Shown: positions 55,698 to 64,000 of the stretch, piece by piece
Position numbering within the stretch: position 1 is the stretch's first letter
Layout: the number at the start of each line of letters is the position of its first letter
Assembly (NCBI RefSeq): GCF_006345805.1
Contig: NC_043000.1
Coordinates: forward strand, 163,928,001-163,992,000
DNA: 64,000 nucleotides
Origin: Octopus sinensis
Taxonomy: Eukaryota
Direction: 5' to 3'
Notes under the pieces: model-generated
What the model was told of the DNA's origin: nothing
The model's database searches: none
The model's input: only the letters and a program-made list of their open reading frames with translations
Program-made: the position numbers and the translations under genes

Positions 55698-56415
55698 CAC
55701 TGGTCAGCACATATTTTCTGGCACATGGTTTATCAATGGTTTTTAGCTAATTTTGGGGTGCTGAATCCAAATCAGGCATCAAACTTTGTCTATCACATTA
55801 GATTTTTGAGTATTGCTACAAACATCTATTTAATGCGTAAAGGAAGAATTAAACATACGTAGATGCATTTTGATAGACAATATGTTTCTTTTTAATCGAA
55901 TAAATCGAAACACAAAGTTGTGGGGGTAAATGCACATCAGCATATAAGAATTAAGTTTGCTGATAACAAAATATGAATACAAAATCTCCATTCATTGTGG
56001 TCATTCATTTTGATCATCTTATTACTGCAAGAACTTCTTATTTAACGATTTCTTGTGCGCAGCTTCTAGAATGTCGCTCATCAAACTCCAGCAGTAATCT
56101 GCCATCATGTTTCAGTCTCATCTTGATGAAAGCGTCCACCCTTGTTCTTCGCTAACATCACCCACGTTCTCTGGAAACTCACTCAAGTGACTGTGAAAGT
56201 AATACAATTTAATGCTTCTTCTACATCCGGGTGCCTGCAAACTCAAGAGCAGCTCATCCACAATCTGTTGACAGTTGTCGGCTTTCCTGTTGCCAAGGAA
56301 ATTTTTCACTACATAAGGGAAGGCATTCCAAGCTGTAGCTGTAGTCATTGTTGTAACAAAATGTCGATCCCTGAGGAGTCTCTGCCTTCTTCTCGTCACT
56401 AAAACTTGGGAAGCT

Positions 56416-56452
<37 letters not shown>

Positions 56453-56819
56453 GAAGCAGTCTCCACTGTGACCAAAAGATGGGTTTTGCGAAATTTATGG
56501 GGAGCCCAGGTTTTGTCCTGGTCCCTAAGTGCTACTTTAAAGTAAGCAACACACATATCCTTGAAAAAGTTATTATTGCTGCGCCTTTGAGCCGGTGGAG
56601 TATCAGAAGATATCGGGGTCATTACAGAAAGTCCTTCTTTTTAATATTGTATCCATAAGTAGATCACAGTGGTTCAGCTCATACCTCAAAAGAAGAAAAA
56701 GGGTTTTAAAGAAAAACTCAGCTTGTGAATATTACTCAAAATTAGTTTGGATAATCCCCGCAAATAGTGGAGCTCTAAGAGTTTATTCCAGAAAATAAAA
56801 GTTGTTTTGTTGACCAGTG
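55698..56819 (-). mobile_element. Chapaev3-like (CMC) DNA transposon, internally deleted, TTA TSD
   Basis: Termini CACTGGTCAgCA...TGTTGACCAGTG; TTA at 55695-55697 and 56820-56822; transposase relics AYFKVALRDQDKTWAPH, KNFLGNRKADN, IKLYYFHSHLSEFPENVGDVSEEQG, RFHQD, MMADYCW. Confidence 0.8.
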
Positions 56820-56834
56820 TTATTATTCAGTCGG

Positions 56835-57070
56835 TAAGACGGCAGAATCATGAGTAAAATGGTTAGCAAGCGTTTCTTTTTCTTTTTTTTTTTTTTTTTT
56901 TTGCTCAATGTTCTGAGTTCAAACCCCGCCGAGGTCGTCTTTTATTTTCATCTTTTCAAGTTCGATGAAATAAGTACCAGTCAAATACTGGGGACGATGT
57001 AATGGGCTATTTAACCCCCCCCCCCACACACACAAACTTTCAAGCCTTGTTCCTATTGTAGAAAGTATTA
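56835..57070 (+). mobile_element. SINE A, diverged
   Basis: ctgagttcaaaccccgccgaggtcgtc...aataagtaccag...ttcctattgtagaaagtatt. Confidence 0.7.
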
Positions 57071-57113
57071 TTTTTGTTATTGAAAAGTATTCTGCATATG
57101 TGCGCAGTGCCTT

Positions 57114-57157
<44 letters not shown>

Positions 57158-57222
57158 TGCTGTTGTTGTGTTGTTGTTGTACATATATATATACATATAT
57201 ACCTCTGTGTGTGCGTATACGA

Positions 57223-57520
57223 CAGTAGTTCGCAATCTTCTTGACTTCATGGCGTACTAGGATTCAGATATAAAATTTATTTGCGCGCTTTGCATGGAAA
57301 ACTTTTTTTAAAAGTAGTTTTAAAGTTAAAAATTTAGGAAAGTTTATAGAAAATTGTTGTTGAATTAATCCTACTTGCGTTTAACAAAATTGTGGATAAT
57401 ATATTTTTGAAGACGCCCAAGCATTAGTAAGGATTTCCTAGAGCCTTAAATTATATTTTCAAAAATCCGCGGCTCTTGTAGATAGATGCCCCTTTCGACG
57501 CACCGTTTGAGAATCACTAG
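57223..57520. mobile_element. Possible hAT-type MITE
   Basis: Degenerate termini cagtagttcgcaa / ttgagaatcactag resemble CAGTGGTTCTCAA-type ends; no TSD confirmed. Confidence 0.3.
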
Positions 57521-57529
57521 GATGTCTAT

Positions 57530-58090
57530 GTGTGAAGCAGCATCACCATTCTAGATGTGGGAGCAGTACTCTATGGTGGGTCTCCCGCTAGACTTTGTAG
57601 AAGGTTAGTAATTGATGTTAAGGCAGGGTGGAATGTAGTCTTTGCTATGTTGGAGATGTGTGTTCTTCAAGAGAAATTGTCAGTGAGGATGAGAACAAGA
57701 ATTTGAAGTGATCGTGACGGCTGTAGATGAATGATGTTCTTGTTGAAAGAATATGATGTGCACTAGTGTTTTTAATGATCTTTTATAATAATATCCCAGT
57801 GATTTCTTTTATCTCCCAGTTTAAGTGAATTGTCATATCCCACGCCTTAGTTACTTGTTATTCTCTGAGACCTTTTGTGGTTTATTTTGTACCATTTTCT
57901 TAGGTGTTTATGATAGTGGATTAATATCTAGAAAAATCTCCGACTCTGCCATGTCTGTGTATATAGATATTCTCCGAGAAGTGTTCAAACTGGATATGGT
58001 CAAGGAGGAATGGGATTGTGTCTCAGAAGGCATAATGTACGTTCATTTGGCGTCTCAGACTAATCTGGTTGCGACAACATAACGAACTTT
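57530..58090 (-). pseudogene. Decayed LINE RT C-terminal fragment (L2/Crack/Jockey-like)
   Basis: Minus strand ttctacaaagtc..cccaccatagagtactgctcccacatctagaatggt resembles LYKA..RPTMEYCSHIW.G. Confidence 0.45.
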
Positions 58091-59544
58091 GACTCTAGAG
58101 TGCTGCAATATTTTGAAAGTTAAGTTCACTCCAGCATTATACTGACACATTTAAACAGATAGCATCACCGTCAACAAGGAAGCTTCTATACAGTTACTCA
58201 ACCGCTGGAAACAGCAGCCAAATCACCCGAGAATTTTCATTTCAATGGCAAAATATATATTGGTTAACTTAGTAGTTTACCAAAGCTACATAGTCGTTAG
58301 CCGCAAAAAAATGACATGGTGGCATGTCCCATGTTTTCATTAATTATTTTAGGTAGTTGTGAACAGACATAAATAACATCTTCACCACCCCATTTATGAC
58401 CAGCAGAACAACCAGGTTGTGAAAGCTAAATGAAAAGAGGGCTGCACCAGAACGCAACTGATACTCATTTTGAGATGAGCAGATAGGAGCAGCATCAAAT
58501 ACAATGTCTTGTTTAAGGAGACAACGCGCCACTCGGTCTAAGAATCCGAACCCATGACTATATGATCGCAAGCCCAAATTTCTAACCACTAGGCCACGTG
58601 CCTTCGCAGTTGTGACTATCATCTGCCAGAAAAAAGACAGATGGTCACTGCTAGAACGACAGTGGGGCGATAAAGATTCGTCACAGAAAGCCATAACAGT
58701 TGAGCAAGAAGAAACCATGCAGTTGAACATCAAGTATGGTAAAAACCTAAAAGTGACTGCGCTGCATGAAACGACAGATAAAATATTTTGAACGTTAAGT
58801 ACACCTCCAACAATGTACTGACACACATATAAACAGACAACACTAAACAGCTAAAACTCACATAAACAAACTCCAAGTTATAACAAACCATTACAAAGAA
58901 AGCCGGAAGTACTGTCATTAAATCACTTCTCACATTCATAACCCTGCAGTGAATTCACAAAAATGAATAAAGATACGTAAATACAAGCACTTCACGCGTA
59001 AAATATACAAGGACCAAAGTTACCCGTATGTAGCACACAAGCTATGCAAAAACATCCAATGAAAAACCTCTACAGGGATATTTTTGTTGGAAGCATCTAT
59101 ACCTATTTTAATCAATATGTGATGTACTGCCATTGTTGGTGATTGTGGTGTTGATCCAGTAGGACTTAAATATTCATTTGGTGGAAGAAAACTATTTAAC
59201 TGTATTTTTGTAGTTTTGTTTGCATTTTTTTTTGAGGTTTGCGAAAGTATGTTTTTTTTTCTTAGTTTTCCTCATTGATCTGTGGATGTTGTTTGACATA
59301 TGGTTGTGATAGCTAGTTGTTGTTGTTGTAGTTTGTACGATGAGGTATAATGGCTGTGTAAGAAGAGTAAATTGTTTAGAATACAAAGGGCGTGTAATTT
59401 ATGGTGTCATTCCTTGCGTTTTCTGTATGAAAACTTCTGCGTGGTCGCTTACCCTCCTAAAAATAGAAACTTAATTTTCCTCAGATCGTGCCAGACTGAA
59501 TTAAAAAAAAAAACACCTTAGATAATCTAGTCATCATATGGTAA

Positions 59545-59878
59545 AGACGTCCTTCGGTCATGAGTGAACATGTGATCGCACCAGAAAGTTACCCTCCGAG
59601 GTACAAGTTCGAGTAAGGTTGTTTATGGAAGATCAGCAGTCGGCCATGCATGCCAGCCTCTCCTCTCCACGCTACCGATATTATCCTAGGGAAAGGCAAA
59701 GGGGCCGACACAGCTTGGCACCAGTGACATCACAACTCATTTCTACAGCTAAGTGGACTAGAACAACGTGAAAGAAAGTGTTTTGCTGAAGAACATAACA
59801 CAGAGCCCGGTCCGGGAATCGAACTCGCTACTTCATGACTCTAAGCCCGGTACTCTAACCACTGAGTCATGAGTCTCG
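59545..59878 (-). mobile_element. tRNA-headed SINE with RTE-like tail
   Basis: Minus-strand head actcagtggttagagt..ttcgattcccggacc; centre ttgtgttatgttcttcagcaaaacact resembles 46500; a head fragment also lies at about 58500-58607. Confidence 0.7.
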
Positions 59879-61989
59879 GCCATAGGTCGACTCGATCAGA
59901 ACTGAGAATAACTACAGCAACAAACTGCAATGCAATACCAATGAAACAATAAGAAACGCTTTCATAGACTATAAAAATGTCTTCATCGTATACGACATCA
60001 TTATAATTCAAGAAACGAAATTAAATGTTGAAATTATCGAGTTGTAATAGAGCCTGTGATACTTAGATACACAAGACCCTGTGACACTTAGATAAGGCTA
60101 GATAGACCAAAGCACGAAGAAGGCTTTATAACACATTAATAATCATTCACACACTACACAGATGACAGAAACAGCTGCCGATTACTAATTGGGACAACTC
60201 ACTAGAAACACAAGCATTCGAAATAGTATTATTTAGAGAACAAATGATTAGGAATATACCATTCACGTGGGAAAACAATAGTTTAGTTAGTGTCAACGTA
60301 TTTTATATGGAAGCATCGAAATAACAGTCAGAAATAATTTTGTGGCGAGGAAAACATCTTTATCAATAGCTAATATTTACCTTTCCTGGAATGTACGGAA
60401 GACAACACCGAACATGCTTCGATCTTACTGAAACCTCATTAGTGAAGTTTAACTTGCGACAAACTTGTTCAATTAGGCAAGCTAGAGTCGCTAATGCATA
60501 AGAATTTACATTTATTTGTGTAATTAAAATATAATTGTTCATAGACGCCATTTGCATGAAAAGAAATAGTTAACATATCTAATACTGTGAACATAAGAAT
60601 GTATTTAATAAAGGAAACATTAGAAAACTAACAAGAAATAATTCTGCCGTGAAGAAAAATAGTATTAGTCTATGAAAATATGAGTTGCTGACTAAAAGTG
60701 TATTTTATTCCCGCTTATTATTTCTAGTTACTCTTTTAATGATACCAGTTATTAAATATGTTCACACTGACTTAACTATTTGAAATATGTATTAGCAATA
60801 CAGTAACCATTAGCGTAATAACTATATACATACGCTTCCAAACTTACCAGTCGTCTGACCATATTACAAATCAAATTACACATGGAGTCTTTCATCCGTA
60901 GACAAGTCTTTCACCAGACTTTGATGCCAGGAGGTACTTCAGGATTCTCTGGGTCAGCGCTCATTTGTAATAATGCCATGCTAAAGTGGAGTTTCGAAAT
61001 AAGTCTTTCACTGAGGGTGCACCATTGAAAAGTGAGGAGAAAATTACGTCTTGGAACACATTCTGACCCATAATTATATGCACATAACACTAGGGTTGAC
61101 AATAAGCTAAACTCCTTTCATATTCTACTCAATTTACATCTGTGCAGCCCTTTAGCTCACCTAGACATTCTTCGACACCTATCTGCCACAACTATATGTT
61201 AGACAATATTTGCAGATCAACGGACAAAATAAAAGTGTACCTCCACAAGTTTTTGGAATAGGAAACCACTTCCATCAAAAGCAGAACTAAGTTTCTCTGA
61301 ACTCAACACTACGAACTTAACGTTAGCACGGTAGGGTAGAACACACATCGAATAAAACAAGCAAAGCTGTTTCCAGAAATATATACCACAAGGCAACATA
61401 TAAACCATAGAAAAACAGAAAACTAAAGTGTGCATCCATCATAGACTACAAAAGAATCCGCAAAAGTAATAATTCAAGAGGTGCATGCGGAATAGCGAGA
61501 ACTCAAATAATAACTTTTTATTAGTTATTAACTATCAACTATTCATATACTTTGTGGCAGATACGAACGCGAATATCTGATAACTTTTGTTTGTTCTTTA
61601 TCAGAGAATGCCTCCTCTCTTTTGATGATGTGTGTTCATAACACACATGATTCAGTTGCTCGCCGATTTAAAGAGGCTTTGAGACGATTCGATATTTCAG
61701 CCTTGTTGTGTGTCACCTCAGTCAAAGCTACCCCTCCGCACTGATGAATCTCACAAGAACACGAGCTTATAAGAATTGACAGGCAAAATATTTAGCGATG
61801 CGCGCTGGTGTTCACCAAACAGATAATTCACATGTACAACTATTTGTAACAGCAATATCAAATCGCCATGACCTGGAAACTGGGCAAAATAGTTACGTTC
61901 AAAGAGAACCAATAAACAAAGTAATGTAGCATTACACAGACCCACGACGATTCTATGCACGTATTTAAAATTTTGGAAATTGCTTTTAT

Positions 61990-62820
61990 CCCTAACAAAT
62001 ACATTTTCACCATATTACAGCATAGATTCAGGCCATTACACTATTCGAAAACTATACATAAATAATACATGGCGGTTTCAACGAACGTCGCCAACATTAT
62101 TTTAATTCTATCGATACTGGCCATGGTTTCGACTCCATTCCTTGCTACTCACAACAAAATTAACGTAATTATAAAACTTTTAAAAGAACACAAAATGTTG
62201 GCTAGAAAACTATCGCTCAGGTCACCAAGCGTAAGTAATATGCAAAAACGTATCTGCAGTCTCCCCCGAATAGAACGCCACAAGGTTCCCACCTGTATCT
62301 CACACTTTTCAACTAACATATATATACGATCTTCTCACATTTCTTCAAAATATACGCCCAGCATTCAACGCAGATGGCTTCACAGTCACATGTACCTAAC
62401 ACTTCCTAACACAGCTGCAGAACAACTGCAAACCTACATCAGCTACCCAGGAATCCATCTCAACGACAGCAGTAGTCTCTACCTAATCCACCATCTTTCT
62501 TCTTATCAGCGACACTAGGGAGCATCAATTGCAACCAGTCATCAAACACAAAAAACAAACGTACGACATACACAAAAGACAAAAATACTAGGAATTACAT
62601 TTCAGTAACATCTTTACAGCGTATATAAAAGATATAATAAAGAAAGTGAAACGTCACACAAAGAGCTTCCACATATGCCCGCCCAAAGTAAAAAGAAACA
62701 ATGACAATACTTTCGATCCATCATTTATTCTGCCAGTCTTCCTCGACCCCAATCTCTCCACAGGAAATCATAAACAACCAACAAATAACGCAATACACAT
62801 ACGATCATAGCTTCATACAG
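61990..62820 (+). pseudogene. Decayed RT of an I/Jockey-group LINE
   Basis: Across frames: QHRFRPLH, GGFNE, IDTGHGFDSIP, HNKI, WLENY, PQGSHLYLTLFN, NADGFTV, LGITF. Confidence 0.68.
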
Positions 62821-63182
62821 ACCACACCCACGAAATCTTATACAAGAAAACAAAAGTACTAAAAATATGAGATCACCTGGACATACCCAGGTATTTTGTC
62901 ATGTTTTGTTTTGTCTTGTTTTTTTAGTTTTTTGTAGGAATGAGTTAGAGTAAGCTGCAAACCCTACCGTTTTTGCCATTACATATCAAATTAAACCCTG
63001 AATATCTACATCATTCCAAGCAAGTGCAACAGCAATACCATAAGAAAACCTCTCCTGCATGGATCAGACAAAGAAACAAATATCTATGGCTACACCAAAA
63101 CTGTACAATTCTATGTTTCTGGAATGAGGATTTTTTTATTATGTATCAGTCGGGCTGGTGTCCTCATCTTGATTGTTGCTTT

Positions 63183-63227
63183 CACTACGTTTCTTAGCTG
63201 AGTACGCTCCAGGCTTCTTCAGGTATC
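63183..63227 (-). ncRNA. Degenerate minimal HHR-like motif
   Basis: atac CTGAAGA agcctggagcgtactcagctaa GAAAC GTA gtga; stem I only about 3 bp. Confidence 0.35.
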
Positions 63228-63583
63228 TTGTGATTCACCTTGTGATACCTTGCCTGGGATTGAACTCAGAACTTCTAGGTGACTGCACTACATTAACCAG
63301 TGCCTTCATCCACTATGTTGTAGCAGTAGGTAATGTCAGGGGAATCGCGAGACAGTAGAAGAAGGCTGGAGCAGACACCACCGAAAAGTTGTGGCAGAGG
63401 AGACACTTCTCCCACTAATACATAATACGCAAAAACAGCTTGGACATCAATGGCCATCATTAAATTCAAGAGAACTGCTGAACTACATGACACTAATAAT
63501 AAGCTAGAGAAAATATCAACAGTCACGTTCGAAGTTCACCTACCTCCACAAATGGTGGCCACATCAGAATCTACTAGCATGTA

Positions 63584-64000
63584 TCAGGTCATCCCATAAG
63601 TTCTGTCCGAATTTCGAATAAAGAAAACAAGTGATCAAATGTAATATTTAATTGAAATTTTATCATCAATGTACTTTCCCTGATTATCTATGACTTCCTT
63701 CCATCTATTTACAAGCTTTTTTATCCCATCAATGTAAAACTATTTTGGTTTCAAAACGAAGAACTCTGAAATGTCAGTTTCGACCTCCTCCTGGCTTGCG
63801 AAAGTTATGTCCCCCAAATAATTCTGTAAAACTACGAAACAAATGGTAGGCTGAAGGAGCAAAGTCGAGAGAATAAGGTGGATGAGGAACTTTTTCCCAA
63901 CCAAGCTCTTCGATCTTCCATCATGTGATCTTCGCAGTGTGGGCTCGCGCATTGTTCTGGTGAAACATCACTCCTTTTCGATTCACTAAAGCGGGACTTT
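63584..64000 (-). mobile_element. Mariner (Tc1/mariner) transposon 3' part with TIR, runs off the window
   Basis: Frameshifted GVMFHQNNARAHTA..ELGWEKVPHPPYSLDFAPSAYHLFRS, LQNYLGDITFASQEEVETDISEFF..KP, FYIDGIKKLVNRWKEVIDNQGKYIDD*; TA followed by TCAGGTCATCCCATAAG at 63582. Confidence 0.88.

Noticed and set aside
58344-58826. 160-aa minus-strand ORF
   Set aside because: Runs through a SINE head fragment; no recognisable domain
62069-62518. 149-aa ORF with a signal-peptide-like start
   Set aside because: Off-frame reading of the decayed LINE RT; RT motifs lie in other frames

Overview
Eukaryotic, AT-rich, microsatellite-saturated, apparently gene-poor DNA (intron or intergenic). The SINE families and simple-repeat density suggest an octopod cephalopod; this is an inference, not a database match. 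No host exon could be called confidently. The only long ORF (52686-55346, minus) is a 5'-truncated R4/Dong-like non-LTR retrotransposon (RT, CCHC knuckle, restriction-like endonuclease) in an (AAT)n tract, with an in-frame deletion of RT motif A. Other content: further Dong-like, Tx1-like and I/Jockey-like LINE relics; many tRNA-derived SINEs (some with perfect TSDs, concatemers or swapped tails); a Chapaev3-like transposon with TIRs and TSD; a mariner end; a possible Helitron 5' relic; and a 746-bp triplication. The most striking signal is a set of type I hammerhead ribozyme (HHR) motifs. One lies directly behind a Penelope-like endonuclease C-terminus. Others lie in three ORF-less fold-back elements (13.1-13.8, 20.7-21.6, 26.7-27.5 kb) whose inverted arms point outward, so the antisense arm is always transcribed before the ribozyme. 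A further short repeat family carries a minimal HHR-like motif with a non-canonical core. All calls were made by eye.
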